Part shown: piece after piece, positions 1 through 10,179 of the stretch | Position numbering within the stretch: the first letter of the stretch is position 1 | Layout: each line of letters opens with the position of its first letter | The notes under the pieces: model-generated | Databases searched by the model: none | Seen by the model: only the letters and a program-made list of their open reading frames with translations | What the model was told of the DNA's origin: nothing | Virus record (IMG/VR): IMGVR_UViG_3300028379_000001 | Location: 4,186-68,185 of that record | Reading direction: 5' to 3' (one strand) | Source of the DNA: a virus | Lineage: Duplodnaviria; Caudoviricetes | DNA length: 64,000 nucleotides | Program-made: the position numbers and the translations under genes

Positions 1-1821
1 CATCTCCTCATCCCGTCCCCGCCCCTGGCGCATGGCGATGGTCTGGTACCCGGCGCGACCGGTCAGGTCCCCGCAGGCGATCAGTGCGATTGCGTTGGCC
101 ATGAGGCTCTTGCCGGTACCGGCTGCGGGCGCCTCGATGATGTGGAGCGGGGTCGGTCCGGAGATCAGATCCCGGCAGAACGGCAACAGCAGCGCCGCGT
201 AGAACCCGGCGCGGTCGGCGTCCCCGACGAAGGGGAACGACCGGATGACCTTGTGGATGTAGTTGTGGGCGTACTTGACCTGCTCGTCGGACGGCGCAGT
301 GACGGCCTTCTCCACGACCGCTGCCATCTGCGGGTCCATGTCGAGAAAGACCCGCGCGCCCTCGTGGTAGCCGTTCGACTTGACCAGTTCGGGCTTGCCG
401 TCGACCATTGCCCAGAACGGCGTTCGGACGACGCCCTTGAGTTCCGGGAGGGCCGTGTAGCGGGAGTGGTCCGCTAGCATGGACTTTAGGACGGAGTCCG
501 GCGGGTTGGTAGGGACGGGCACGGGCTCCTCGCCGCCGATCGTCCGGTACCAGTCGACGTGCCGCGCGACGATCATGCGGAGCGAGTCGACGGTGACGGA
601 CTCGTGGTAGCCGTGCCGAAGCTCCTTCAGCTCCCCGCCCGTGTGGTACACGCCGTAGCCGCCGCTGGACTCTGTGGGACGGATTGCCTCGTACGAGATC
701 GCCATGGCCTCGGGCGGGTAGTAGGTGGCGATGTCGATGCGACGCTTGGGCTTGCCCTCGGGGGTCAGCTCCGTGCAGAAGCACACAGCCCCGATGTACT
801 CGCCCTTGTCGATGAGGGCCATGACCTTCTTGACGGCGGAGTCCCGCTGCCGAAGCCACTCGTCCAGGGCCTCCCTCGCGCCCCGAGCTGTCCCGTCGCG
901 GTCGTCCCGGCCTACCTCGGCTAGGAAGGCGTCCTGAAGCCGCTCCGCCGCCGTAGCGAGCCCCGGATGACCCTCCGCGCTAAGCGCCGCGAGCCGATAG
1001 AACCCGGCGGTTACGGTGTCGTGCGCAGAGGTGGACGACTCGACGTCGGCGATGACCTCTTCCAGCACCGTCAGCATCAACGCGCAGGGCTCGCCGCCGC
1101 GCTCCTCGATCCACTCGTTGACCTTGCGGACGGATGCGGTCTTGCCGCCGAGGTTCTTCTCCTTGAGCGCCTTGGACCAACGACCCTTGGAGAGGGCTTC
1201 GACCCAGTCCGGCGACAGATCGGTGAAGTCGGCAGCGTCCGGCACCTCCAGCGAACCGAAGCCCTCCAGGCGTTCGCCCGGCGCATACCACTGGTACGGG
1301 ACCGGTTCCCCGGCCTCCGCCGTCAGCTCCGGGTGGATCGAGGGCGGGGCGACGATGTAGCGATGGCCGACGTGGATGGTCTCGATGCCATCGCCGAGCT
1401 TGCCTGGCCATGCCGGACCCTCGGGCACGCGGTAGATGCGGATGCCGGAGAGCCCGTCGGCGCGGGCCGTCGTGACCCAGGTGGCGGGAAGCTCCCCCAG
1501 CTCCTCCTCCAACCGATCCAGAGAGTCCCGGCCGTCCTTCTTGTACGCATCGACGTCGATCCCGAGGAACCCCGGCGCGAGCCAGAGCGCCACGTTGGCG
1601 TTCTTGTGCTTGCTGTCGCCGAGCCAGGCGTCCAGCTGCTTCTGCGTGGCCTTGGAATAGTCGTTCTTGAAGCCCGTGAACCCGGTGGGCGGGGACTTCT
1701 TCGCCTTCGCAGGCAGCGGCACCGGGTACATTCCGGCGTCGTGGTAGGCGCGGGCCGTGGTGACGAATGGAGCCCGCAGGCTGAGGTTCGTGACCCTGGA
1801 CTTCCGCTGTTCGGCTGCCAC
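1..1821 (-). CDS. Bifunctional DNA primase/polymerase fused to a P-loop helicase domain (runs off window end)
   Basis: Translated by hand (not in ORF track): GTG at 1821 after GAGGAG. N-terminal prim-pol motifs (YPVPLPAKAKKSPP, FLGIDVD, HRYIVAPPSIHP) and Walker A EAPAAGTGKS near the window edge; frame open to position 1. Confidence 0.85.
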   Translation of the reverse strand, partial: MAAEQRKSRVTNLSLRAPFVTTARAYHDAGMYPVPLPAKAKKSPPTGFTGFKNDYSKATQKQLDAWLGDSKHKNANVALWLAPGFLGIDVDAYKKDGRDSLDRLEEELGELPATWVTTARADGLSGIRIYRVPEGPAWPGKLGDGIETIHVGHRYIVAPPSIHPELTAEAGEPVPYQWYAPGERLEGFGSLEVPDAADFTDLSPDWVEALSKGRWSKALKEKNLGGKTASVRKVNEWIEERGGEPCALMLTVLEEVIADVESSTSAHDTVTAGFYRLAALSAEGHPGLATAAERLQDAFLAEVGRDDRDGTARGAREALDEWLRQRDSAVKKVMALIDKGEYIGAVCFCTELTPEGKPKRRIDIATYYPPEAMAISYEAIRPTESSGGYGVYHTGGELKELRHGYHESVTVDSLRMIVARHVDWYRTIGGEEPVPVPTNPPDSVLKSMLADHSRYTALPELKGVVRTPFWAMVDGKPELVKSNGYHEGARVFLDMDPQMAAVVEKAVTAPSDEQVKYAHNYIHKVIRSFPFVGDADRAGFYAALLLPFCRDLISGPTPLHIIEAPAAGTGKSLMANAIALIACGDLTGRAGYQTIAMRQGRGRDEEM

Positions 1822-1947
1822 CGCTATACTCTCCTCACATACCCTGTTCAGGGGGTCTGTACCAGGCCCGGTCGCGAGGAACCCCCGCCCTCGTGACCGG
1901 GCCTGTCTCGTGTCGGCGGACCGGGGAGCGCGCCGAATCCTTCGATT

Positions 1948-2559
1948 CTACTCGGTCGCCCCTACCATCACTCCTGGTCGAAGGTCTCCCGACGGCAGGT
2001 ACAGATGCGGCCACGCCTTCCCCCGAAGGGCGCCGCTCTCCTTCGCCCGGCGCAGGAAGACGATCGAGTGCCGATCCCCGTCCCGCGCGTGTTGCTGGGC
2101 GCCTGCCCTCTTGTAGAGGCCCCACCGCTTCAGCCGCTCATCGGTCGCGGTGCCCTTAGCCTGGGTGGGCGTCTGCCGGTGGAGCGTCTGCTCCATGCCC
2201 GACATCTCGATTGCCCACTCCAACCCAGAGGTCAGCCGCACCGGGGACAGCAGCTCGCGGTTCTTGGACATCTTCCGAAGGATGAAGTCCTCGATCACAA
2301 CCGCTGCCCCCGGCCATCGACCGAGCGCGTCCCGCATCAGGATCTTAATGCATTTCCGTTCCTCCTCCGCTAGCTCGCCTGCGCTGGGCTTGTCCTTGTC
2401 CGGGATGGCCCGGACCTGTCCGTGTGTCCAGTGCTCGATGTTGCGCAGAATGGAGACGTCATCGTGAACCAGTGCCTCGGGGTGCACAACCATGACGCTC
2501 CACCCGGTGGTGCCACCGGGGTCGATTGAGATCACCGTGGGGGCGGTGACGAGTTCCAT
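1948..2559 (-). CDS. RuvC-like Holliday junction resolvase
   Basis: MELVTAPTVISIDPGGTTGWS (acidic IDPG motif), VVIEDF, QHARDG; start re-called to ATG 2559. Confidence 0.8.
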   Translation of the reverse strand: MELVTAPTVISIDPGGTTGWSVMVVHPEALVHDDVSILRNIEHWTHGQVRAIPDKDKPSAGELAEEERKCIKILMRDALGRWPGAAVVIEDFILRKMSKNRELLSPVRLTSGLEWAIEMSGMEQTLHRQTPTQAKGTATDERLKRWGLYKRAGAQQHARDGDRHSIVFLRRAKESGALRGKAWPHLYLPSGDLRPGVMVGATE

Positions 2560-2561
2560 GG

Positions 2562-2846
2562 TCAGTCCTGGCCTGCCGGGGCGAGCACGACCGTCGCGCC
2601 GTTGGCCCAGGCGACGAGCGCATCCCGTCCGTTGATCTCGTAGGCGGAACGCGCGTCGGCCCGAGCCTGGTCGTACCCGGCCCGCTTCAGCTCGATCGCC
2701 CGAGCCGGGCTGTGCGCCTCCTGGAGCGCCTCCCACAGCTCCCACACCGCCGACGTGGTCGGCCGGACGGAGGCGACCTTGCCGTCCGGGTCGAGGGTCT
2801 GGAGCTGGTAGTGGTCCGGACCGAGCTTCGCAACCTGAACGTTCAT
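2562..2846 (-). CDS. Hypothetical protein (94 aa)
   Basis: ORF abutting neighbours, GC3-rich codons. Confidence 0.7.
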   Translation of the reverse strand: MNVQVAKLGPDHYQLQTLDPDGKVASVRPTTSAVWELWEALQEAHSPARAIELKRAGYDQARADARSAYEINGRDALVAWANGATVVLAPAGQD

Positions 2847-3052
2847 CAGTATCCCATCTCCTCCAGGGACGTACCCTGGAACTTGTGACGCTTGCCGTCG
2901 ACTTCGGTGACGTGTTCCGGCAGGCAGTGCTCGTGGATCAGGACGTCCCCCTCGTCCTCGGCGGACGGAACGAACCGGACTGTGTCTCCGGGCTCGATGG
3001 CGTCACCGGCTGCGCAACGACCCGGATAGCGCGCGGCAAATCCTTCTGCCAT
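2846..3052 (-). CDS. Small hypothetical protein (MAEGFAARYPGRC...HEHC), possible metal binder
   Basis: ATG 3052 after GGAG; stop overlaps next start. Confidence 0.6.
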   Translation of the reverse strand: MAEGFAARYPGRCAAGDAIEPGDTVRFVPSAEDEGDVLIHEHCLPEHVTEVDGKRHKFQGTSLEEMGY

Positions 3053-3249
3053 TTCTCCACTCTCCCCACTCGGTGCATCAATAGGATGTGCTGGACAACG
3101 AGCGCCAACATCAACAACCACTGTTGGATGTCGGCGCGGAACCCGGCCAGGAACCCGACCCCAACGACCACAAGCAGGCCGTAGAGGAAGTTGGTGCCAA
3201 ACCTCAGGGCGAGATCGGACGCAGTCCGACCCTTCCACAATCGGCGCAT
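2938..3249 (-). CDS. Putative membrane protein
   Basis: Two hydrophobic stretches (FLYGLLVVVGVGFLAGF, WLLMLALVVQHILL); C-terminus overlaps next gene. Confidence 0.45.
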   Translation of the reverse strand: MRRLWKGRTASDLALRFGTNFLYGLLVVVGVGFLAGFRADIQQWLLMLALVVQHILLMHRVGRVEKWQKDLPRAIRVVAQPVTPSSPETQSGSFRPPRTRGTS

Positions 3250-3340
3250 CGCAACCAGTCCCCCTTCCGCGTCGGCTGCATCCCGTTGGCCCGGTGGTAC
3301 CCGCGCAGCCGACACCGCAGGTACCGCAGCGGATGCCTCA

Positions 3341-3535
3341 TCAGTCCTGCCACCCGACTCTGTAGATATGGTCCACCTTGACGGACACGCGCTCGAACGC
3401 CCACGGGAAATTGATCCATACGGGTGGCTTCTTGGACAGGATGACGTCCCGAAGAGAAAGGATCTCGTTGGACGATAATGAGTTGTTGGGCTCCAGCTCC
3501 CAATTATGCTGCCCGGCCGCGATCGTCAGCTTCAC
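3341..3535 (-). CDS. Hypothetical protein (64 aa)
   Basis: ORF track; coupled stop/start overlaps. Confidence 0.55.
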   Translation of the reverse strand: MKLTIAAGQHNWELEPNNSLSSNEILSLRDVILSKKPPVWINFPWAFERVSVKVDHIYRVGWQD

Positions 3536-3645
3536 GAGCAGACTCCAAGAACTGCGTCGAACTTCCCGAGCAGCACCAGGAAAGTCAGCATGGCCGCAAT
3601 GGACACGAGCGCACCCGCGATCGGCGCCGCGTAGTTCGGTTTCAT
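3532..3645 (-). CDS. Small membrane protein (MKPNYAAPIAGALVSIAAMLTFLVLLGKFDAVLGVCS)
   Basis: Hand-translated; ATG overlaps the ThyX stop (ATGA). Confidence 0.5.
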   Translation of the reverse strand: MKPNYAAPIAGALVSIAAMLTFLVLLGKFDAVLGVCS

Positions 3646-4967
3646 CGGGCCACCCGCGCGGCCTTCTCGTTCAGCAGCCACTCGACCGGGAAGATCGGCA
3701 GGACCTTGATGCCGACGCCGTCAGAGTCGAATGGAGCAATCAGTGGCGTCTCCCAATCGTCCGACTTCCGTCCGGCCTCTTCGTTCGCGTCGACCCGTTC
3801 CCGGATCGCGCAGTAGCGGTCGGACTTGGCTTTCATGGTGCACTTGTTCGCCGAGTAGCAGACCGGCCGGAAGCTCGCCGCGATCAGCTCATACTGCCAG
3901 CGGTTCGGGTGGTCCTTCGGCAGGTACTCCCGGAACGCCCGGGCCAGCTCGATGAACACCGCGCGCCACTCGAACTGGGCCTGTGTGCAGAGTCGGTTCC
4001 CCGCCATCCGCTTCAAGCTGCCGAGGTCGATGTGCTGGTGGACGCGGGTCAGCACGTTCGTCGGGAGCAGACCCCGCGCGTGCTCGGCGGGCATCCCGTC
4101 CTCGATCAGATAGTTGTAGTTCTCCGCGATCGTCTCGATCGTGTGATCCCACAACGAGCGCCAGTTCTGCGCCTGCGACCGGTTGATGTCCGGATCGACT
4201 CCGTCCGCCTCGCACTGCGCCCGGAACTCCGCGTCCGGAACTGTCCCCTCCAGGGACGGCGGGAGCTTGACCGCGTCGCCCGCGTCCTCCTTGACCGCGA
4301 AGCGCATTGACTCCTGGGCGTAGCCCGCGAGCCGAGTCCGCACGAGCTGGTGCGTGAAGGCACGGGTGACGTTCTCGAACAGGATCGAGACCTGGAACCA
4401 TTCGAGTGGCGCCTGCGACAGGAGCGAAACCGTCGCCGCCTCCCACGCCTCCCGCCGCTCCGCGTCCGAGACGTCCGCCGGGGTCCGGTAGACCTTGCCC
4501 GTGTACATGCCGTTGACCATCGCCATCACGCCCAGCGGGTCCTCCGGGGCGCACGACAGCGTCACGATCGGCTTCTGCGGGTCGGAGTGGGCGGGCGCCG
4601 ACCACATCGCCACGTCGGCCCACTTCTGGACCTCCTTGGTCTGCTCCGGACCGCACAAGTTGCGACTGTGCTTCTGGCCGTCGATCGTCCGGAACCGCTC
4701 CTCGGGCGCCAGGATGATCTCCGCGCAGGCGCAGCCTTCGTTCGGGAACAGGATGTCCACCTCCTCCTGCGTCGGCATCGGCTCGTCGCCCCAGTGCGAC
4801 TGCCAGGTTATCTCGTCGTTCCAGTCGGGGACCGCCGCGATCATGTCCGCGCGGCTCGGCTTCCCGTAGCTTCCGGTCCGGCCGTTCTCCCGCGCTTCGG
4901 CGTACGCTCGGTGCGCCGGGGTGTCCGTGTAGGGGTTCTGGTGCGGCTTGTCGTGCGGTCCAGTCAT
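3642..4967 (-). CDS. thyX: ThyX-like FAD-dependent thymidylate synthase, enlarged and divergent (441 aa)
   Basis: TRAFTHQLVRTRLAGYAQESMRF (RHRx7S motif with H to T), ARGLLPTN, NRLCTQAQFEWR; start ATG 4967. Confidence 0.8.
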   Translation of the reverse strand: MTGPHDKPHQNPYTDTPAHRAYAEARENGRTGSYGKPSRADMIAAVPDWNDEITWQSHWGDEPMPTQEEVDILFPNEGCACAEIILAPEERFRTIDGQKHSRNLCGPEQTKEVQKWADVAMWSAPAHSDPQKPIVTLSCAPEDPLGVMAMVNGMYTGKVYRTPADVSDAERREAWEAATVSLLSQAPLEWFQVSILFENVTRAFTHQLVRTRLAGYAQESMRFAVKEDAGDAVKLPPSLEGTVPDAEFRAQCEADGVDPDINRSQAQNWRSLWDHTIETIAENYNYLIEDGMPAEHARGLLPTNVLTRVHQHIDLGSLKRMAGNRLCTQAQFEWRAVFIELARAFREYLPKDHPNRWQYELIAASFRPVCYSANKCTMKAKSDRYCAIRERVDANEEAGRKSDDWETPLIAPFDSDGVGIKVLPIFPVEWLLNEKAARVAR

Positions 4968-5401
4968 GACTTGCCCTCTCCGATTCCGGCCGGCACCATC
5001 GCGGTTAGAATGGTGATGACCATGTTTGCCAGCTTCCGGTCTGACGTGTTGAGCTTGGTGTCCATGCCCATGATGTTCATGGCGTCGGCGATCATGTCGA
5101 AGCCGAGTTCGTAGCTGGAGCGGATGTTCTCCCCCGCTGCCCGGTCCGTGACGCTCTCCACGAGAGCGGGATGAACCTCCGGGTAGCAGCCCCACCTCGT
5201 GTGGGTCCGTCCGTCCTCCGTGTAGGACTTAACGCCGGGGGCCAACTTGATGTCCTGGGCGCAGAGGCACATGTCCATCTCGGGGACCGCGTGCCCGTTC
5301 TGCAGGGACTCGGGGAGGCCCGCGAGCGGGTTGAAGCCGATGCCATCGTTGGACCAGGCGCGCGCCGTCCGCCTGAATTCGAGCGCGTTGTGGGAACTCA
5401 T
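4964..5401 (-). CDS. Hypothetical protein (145 aa)
   Basis: ORF track; RBS GGAGG; overlaps thyX start. Confidence 0.7.
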   Translation of the reverse strand: MSSHNALEFRRTARAWSNDGIGFNPLAGLPESLQNGHAVPEMDMCLCAQDIKLAPGVKSYTEDGRTHTRWGCYPEVHPALVESVTDRAAGENIRSSYELGFDMIADAMNIMGMDTKLNTSDRKLANMVITILTAMVPAGIGEGKS

Positions 5402-5455
5402 CTTGCCTCCGATTGGTCTTCCGGTAATGCTGGGGAGTTGCGGTATTCTATCCTA

Positions 5456-5695
5456 TTAGTCCTCTGGCTCCCTCCTGCCCCACCGGTCGTGGGCCCAAAA
5501 CCCCGTTACGACCAGCGCGACCAGGGCGAGAAGGCTGAGCCAAAGGTAGCCGTACTGGCCAAAAACCGTGATCGCGAGCCAAGCTAGTCCGCTGACGGCT
5601 TCTCCCATTGGTACTTCTCCATCCATTCCCGTGAGCCAATGTAGCGCCGATCGCGCTGCTTCTCGTGCTCCCAGTTCAGCCGGTACAGCTCCCAC
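5456..5695 (-). CDS. Membrane protein
   Basis: Hydrophobic segments LAWLAITVFG and WLSLLALVALVVTGFW. Confidence 0.5.
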   Translation of the reverse strand: MGAVPAELGAREAARSALHWLTGMDGEVPMGEAVSGLAWLAITVFGQYGYLWLSLLALVALVVTGFWAHDRWGRREPED

Positions 5696-5713
5696 ATGTC
5701 GCAGTGCCGGCAG

Positions 5714-8700
5714 CTAGGCCGCCTCCCCTTCGGGTGGCCCCTCATCCTCGTCCTCCTCTCCTTGGGGGATGACGATGAGGCCCTTGACGGTGAGTGAGAC
5801 GCCGAAGCCGGACCGCTTGAGTCCTTGGGTGATGACGACGTCTTGCATTGGAACGATCTCCTCGACCATCTTTCGGTAGCGGGGGAAGTCCCAGCGGTTG
5901 ATCTTGAGGTACACATCGTCGTCGCCGTCATCGTAGCAGTGGAGCGTGACGGACTTGACGAGGTGCGGGTCTCGGGTCCGAGCCAGGATCTCGTCGACCG
6001 TGTCCCCGCTCCGGGCGCGCTCGTCCTCGATCAGGTCCTTGTACTCGACCTTCCGGACCACGCCCATCCAGATCAGCTGGCAGTCGCGGTCGCGGGGGAT
6101 CTCGTGGGACCGGTGGGTCGGGGTCGGGAGCCCTCGGAAGTCGACCCGACGACGACGGATGCCGTCGCGGATAAAGTCGAGGGTCTTCGCGGTCAGCTCG
6201 ATCGCGAACGGGTCGTCCTGCTCGGCGAACTCCTGGATCTTGGCGGAGGTGGTCGGGCCGACCCCCTTGACCGCTTCGTACGCCACCCAGTCCTCCGCGC
6301 CGTGGGCGTTCTTGAAGTCGATCATCGCCTTGGACATCTTGGCGCCGACGCCGTGGATCTGCACGAGCCCCGCCCGGATGCCGCGTTCGTCGGTCAGGTC
6401 CGGGCTCCAAGTAATCTCCGACAGCTGGGGATCGGGCGGGAGGACGTTGAAGCCGTTCTTTACCGCGTCGTTCAGGAGGCGCGGGCGCCGCTGCTCGCGA
6501 GCCTTCTTGTCGTCGCCGACCTTCTGGAGCTGGGCGGCGTAGAACTCGCGAGGGTAGTGCTGCTTGAGGTACTGGCACCAGAAGCCGAGCATGCTGTAGG
6601 AGATGCAGTGCGCGACGTTGAACGAGTAGGTCGCCGACGTCACCATGAACTTCCAGATCCGATCGGCCAGCTTCCCGTCGATCCCGTGCCCGTTCTTGGC
6701 GCCCTGGATGAACATCTCCTTCATGTTGTTCATGTGCGCCTCGCCGAGCTTCTGCGAGATGGCCCGGCGGATGTCACCGATCCGCTCGACCGGGAACCCG
6801 CCGATGTCGCGGACGATCTGGAGGACCTGCTCCTGATAGATGATCTGGCCGTAGGTCCCTTTCGTGTACTGCCACACGAGCGGGTGCAGGTGATCGGGCT
6901 TCGCCCGGCCGTGCTTGACTTCCATGTACTGCGCGGTCATCCCCGAGAATAGAGGGCCAGGCCGACTAAGAGCATTGATATCAGCAAGGTGCATGAAGTG
7001 GTCCGGAACCACGCCCGCGTTAACCAGCCGAGTGGCCCGACCCTCGAATTGGAAGATACCAACAACATCACCACGGCGAAAAGCATCCATAGTGCGCTGT
7101 TCGTCCAGAGGAACAGTGTAAAGCTCGGCAAGGTCCATCCCAATCATCTCAAGGACGAGGTCGATCATGCCCATCGTGGACAACCCGAGGAAGTCCATCT
7201 TGAGCATGCCCAGATACTCGCCGTCCTTCTTGTCGTAAGCCAGGACGGAACGCTTGTGCCCGTTGATCTCTCGGGTGTAGACGGCGGACGTATCCGAGAT
7301 CGGCGCGTTCGAGAGGACGATGCCGGCGGCGTGCACCGACATGCCGCGCATGTTCCCCTCCAGTAGCGTCGCCTTCATCAAGTCCGGGAACTTGTCGACG
7401 GCGGCCCGCGCGGAGGGGAACATGTCGATCGAGTCCGACAGCGAGTCGTCGGCCCGCGAGTCTCCGCCCGAGCGGTCTAGGACGACACTCTTGACCGCGT
7501 CCTCCGCGTACTTGGGGATGTTGTAGACGCGGGCGACGTCCACCACCGAGTTGCGCCCCTTGTACTTGACGAAGTTTCCGATGTTGGCCACACGATCCGC
7601 GCCCCATCGTCGCACAAGATACTCGCGTACCTCTTCCCGTCGGTTGTCGGCGAAGTCAAGATCAATGTCGGGCAGGTCCATTCGGCTGACGTCGATGAAC
7701 CGCTCGAAGACCATCGTCGGGAACTGAATCGGGTCAACCTCCGTAACCCGTAGCATGTAGAGAACCACGCTAGCGGCAGCAGAGCCACGAGCAGGCCCCA
7801 CCGGGATCGGACGGGGTCGAAGATCCTTCGCCCACCGGACCGCGTCCGCGACCATGAGGAAGTAGTCATTGAAGTCCTTGTCGTCGATGTGCCCCATCTC
7901 ATAATGGAGCTTCTCCACGTACGCCTTCGGGTCCGCCTGCATGCGGGGGTTGGTAGGGAGCCGGTAGCGCCAACCCTCCCGAAGCCATTCCCACAAGGTC
8001 TCCCGCGCCGTCCAGCCGTCTTCCAGCGGGAAGCGGAGCGGTTCGTTCTTGGGGAGCGTCAGGGTGCACCGCTCGGCGATCTCGCTCGTGTTGAGGATCG
8101 CCTGCCATGCGTCCGACGGGCTCAGGCCCGTCGCCATGAGGTCCGCGTACACCTCGTAGTCACTCGTCGGGTACGTCAGCAGGATGTCGTACTCCCAGCC
8201 CGCTTCCACAGAGTCGACCGTCCCGCCCCGGTGCGCGGCGTGGAGGATCTTCTGCATCTCGTTCTGCGAGCCGTAGGGGTAGTGGACGTCAGCGGTCGCG
8301 ACGAGGGGCACGCCGGTTCGACGGCTCAGCTCGGCGAACGCGGGGTTGAGGGTCCGGGCTCGTTCCAGTCCCGGGAACCTCTGCACTTCCAGATAGTACC
8401 CATCCCCAAACAGAGATTGATACTTCCGCACGACCTTCTCGGCATTGGACATGTCGAACGTGGACGCCCGATTCCGGCGCTCCCCGAGACTCTTCCCGCC
8501 CAGGAGGGTGCACGACAAGTGTGAGTCCGCGCAACCAGAAGTCGCGATCAGACCTTCCGCGTGATTCGCGAGCATCGGTCCGTGTACTGTTGGCCATTGG
8601 TAGAACCCTTCCTCCCAGGATTCACCCACCAGTTCGTTGAGGTTGCGGAGACCTTCCGGAGTCTCCGCGATCAGCGTCTGGTGGAACTTCTGCCGCGTCT

Positions 8701-8941
8701 TCGGCGGCGCGGCGTACGCCTCCAGACCGAAGAGGGGCTTGATCCCCGCCCGGTCGGCGTTCTTCTCCAGCTGGACCCATGAGGAGACGTTCCCGTGCTC
8801 GGTGAGCGCGAGAGCATTCCCGCCAAGCTCCACGATCCGGTCGACGTGCTCGGAGACCTTGCCGTAGCCGTCGCCGTAGCTGAATGTCGAGTGGGCGTGG
8901 AGCGGGACGAACTTGCGTGCGTACTTCTTGCTGATCCCCAT
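5714..8941 (-). CDS. dnaE: DNA polymerase III alpha subunit (DnaE-type, PHP + polymerase + HhH + OB)
   Basis: PHP motifs LHAHSTFSYGDG, ALTEHG, ATADVHY; GPARGSAAAS; catalytic PDIDLD; KMDFLGL; FNVAH; 1075 aa. Confidence 0.95.
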   Translation of the reverse strand: MGISKKYARKFVPLHAHSTFSYGDGYGKVSEHVDRIVELGGNALALTEHGNVSSWVQLEKNADRAGIKPLFGLEAYAAPPKTRQKFHQTLIAETPEGLRNLNELVGESWEEGFYQWPTVHGPMLANHAEGLIATSGCADSHLSCTLLGGKSLGERRNRASTFDMSNAEKVVRKYQSLFGDGYYLEVQRFPGLERARTLNPAFAELSRRTGVPLVATADVHYPYGSQNEMQKILHAAHRGGTVDSVEAGWEYDILLTYPTSDYEVYADLMATGLSPSDAWQAILNTSEIAERCTLTLPKNEPLRFPLEDGWTARETLWEWLREGWRYRLPTNPRMQADPKAYVEKLHYEMGHIDDKDFNDYFLMVADAVRWAKDLRPRPIPVGPARGSAAASVVLYMLRVTEVDPIQFPTMVFERFIDVSRMDLPDIDLDFADNRREEVREYLVRRWGADRVANIGNFVKYKGRNSVVDVARVYNIPKYAEDAVKSVVLDRSGGDSRADDSLSDSIDMFPSARAAVDKFPDLMKATLLEGNMRGMSVHAAGIVLSNAPISDTSAVYTREINGHKRSVLAYDKKDGEYLGMLKMDFLGLSTMGMIDLVLEMIGMDLAELYTVPLDEQRTMDAFRRGDVVGIFQFEGRATRLVNAGVVPDHFMHLADINALSRPGPLFSGMTAQYMEVKHGRAKPDHLHPLVWQYTKGTYGQIIYQEQVLQIVRDIGGFPVERIGDIRRAISQKLGEAHMNNMKEMFIQGAKNGHGIDGKLADRIWKFMVTSATYSFNVAHCISYSMLGFWCQYLKQHYPREFYAAQLQKVGDDKKAREQRRPRLLNDAVKNGFNVLPPDPQLSEITWSPDLTDERGIRAGLVQIHGVGAKMSKAMIDFKNAHGAEDWVAYEAVKGVGPTTSAKIQEFAEQDDPFAIELTAKTLDFIRDGIRRRRVDFRGLPTPTHRSHEIPRDRDCQLIWMGVVRKVEYKDLIEDERARSGDTVDEILARTRDPHLVKSVTLHCYDDGDDDVYLKINRWDFPRYRKMVEEIVPMQDVVITQGLKRSGFGVSLTVKGLIVIPQGEEDEDEGPPEGEAA

Positions 8942-8984
8942 GGGTCCTCCTTCGGGTCTAACGACTCGCCGTGCTCGCGATTCG

Positions 8985-9572
8985 TCACTCTTTCGAGTGA
9001 ATCGCTTCCTGGCGGAACAGGTCCAGGATCAGGAAACAGGCGCCGATGATGTCCAGAATCATCTCCTCCGGACCCTCGTGGTTCATGGGCTTGCCGTCCC
9101 AGAGCGACCTCTCCAGCTTGGCCATCTTCCGGTGCAGCCCGACATACTCGCCCTTCGGCCCGAGCCCGGTCCGGTGCTGGTCGCCATAGTCGGCGTTCTT
9201 CGGCAGGAAGTGCCCGAGCACCTGCGGCACGATGTGCTCGACGATGTCCTTGGCAGACTCGGTCGCGTACGGCGCCTGCTCCCGGCCGCCGAGCACATCC
9301 GAAGCCGATGCGTACCGGCCGCCGAGCGCCGCCTTCTCCTCGGCGGAGAACCGGATGCACGGCAGTCCGACCGTCCGGTGCACCATCCAGATTTCGGCCG
9401 GATTGCCGCACTGGCACCTCTGCTCGAAGGGCGGCGCGGGCTCCTTCGGCTGGACCCACTCGGGCGGGGTCGCCTGCTCGATGAGATCGGCGACGTTGAT
9501 CTGGGGCCTCTCGTCGGTCACGGGCTCTCCTCCGAACGGACGCGCGGCGTCACGGACGCACTTCTCACACAC
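8985..9572 (-). CDS. Nucleotide-modification-associated domain 1 (DUF1599/MazG-like helical) protein
   Basis: C-terminal KNADYG...LHRKMAKLERS...EEMILDIIGACFL pattern; alternative GTG start at 9521 has a strong GGAGGAG RBS. Confidence 0.6.
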   Translation of the reverse strand: MCEKCVRDAARPFGGEPVTDERPQINVADLIEQATPPEWVQPKEPAPPFEQRCQCGNPAEIWMVHRTVGLPCIRFSAEEKAALGGRYASASDVLGGREQAPYATESAKDIVEHIVPQVLGHFLPKNADYGDQHRTGLGPKGEYVGLHRKMAKLERSLWDGKPMNHEGPEEMILDIIGACFLILDLFRQEAIHSKE

Positions 9573-9573
9573 A

Positions 9574-10179
9574 CTACGCCTCCTTATGGAGCTGGGACAC
9601 GAGCACCAGGTTGCGCTCGGTCAGGCCGAAGATGAAGTTGGCTCCGACGTGCAGCTTCCACGGCCTGCCGTCCCCGCCCTCGGCGGCGTGGTCGTACTGC
9701 CGCTCCGAGAGCACGTTGCGCCAGGTGTCGATCGCGTACCGGGTCTTGTGCATTAGGCACTCGTTGGCCAGCTGACCCATGTAGTGCGGGTGGATCAGGG
9801 TCACGACCCCGCCCGGCTCCAGCACGCGCTCGATCTCGCGGAGCGCCCGGACGACCGCCCAGTCCGCGAGGTGGTCCAGCGTGTGGTAGATCGCGACTCG
9901 TCCCACAGACTCGGACTCGTACGGGATGCGCCAGCGGGTGCTCTCGGTCGCCATCGCGTCCCACTCGGGGTACTCGATGTTGTCCCAGCCATCGATGATC
10001 TTCTTGCCGGCTCCGAGCTGGATCATGTGTCCGCCGACCATCGGCGCACTCGTCCACTCGATCCGGTCCCGGACCATCGCGATGTCGATGTGGTCCCAGA
10101 CCGACATGGGCTGCGGGAACTCGCGGACTCCCTTGTCGTCCTCGGCCGGAACAGCGTTGTGGTTCATGTAGCGGGTCAT
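9574..10179 (-). CDS. Class I SAM-dependent methyltransferase
   Basis: IQLGAG motif I, YHTLDHL...ALREIERVLEPGGVVTLIHP; start ATG 10179. Confidence 0.8.
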   Translation of the reverse strand: MTRYMNHNAVPAEDDKGVREFPQPMSVWDHIDIAMVRDRIEWTSAPMVGGHMIQLGAGKKIIDGWDNIEYPEWDAMATESTRWRIPYESESVGRVAIYHTLDHLADWAVVRALREIERVLEPGGVVTLIHPHYMGQLANECLMHKTRYAIDTWRNVLSERQYDHAAEGGDGRPWKLHVGANFIFGLTERNLVLVSQLHKEA

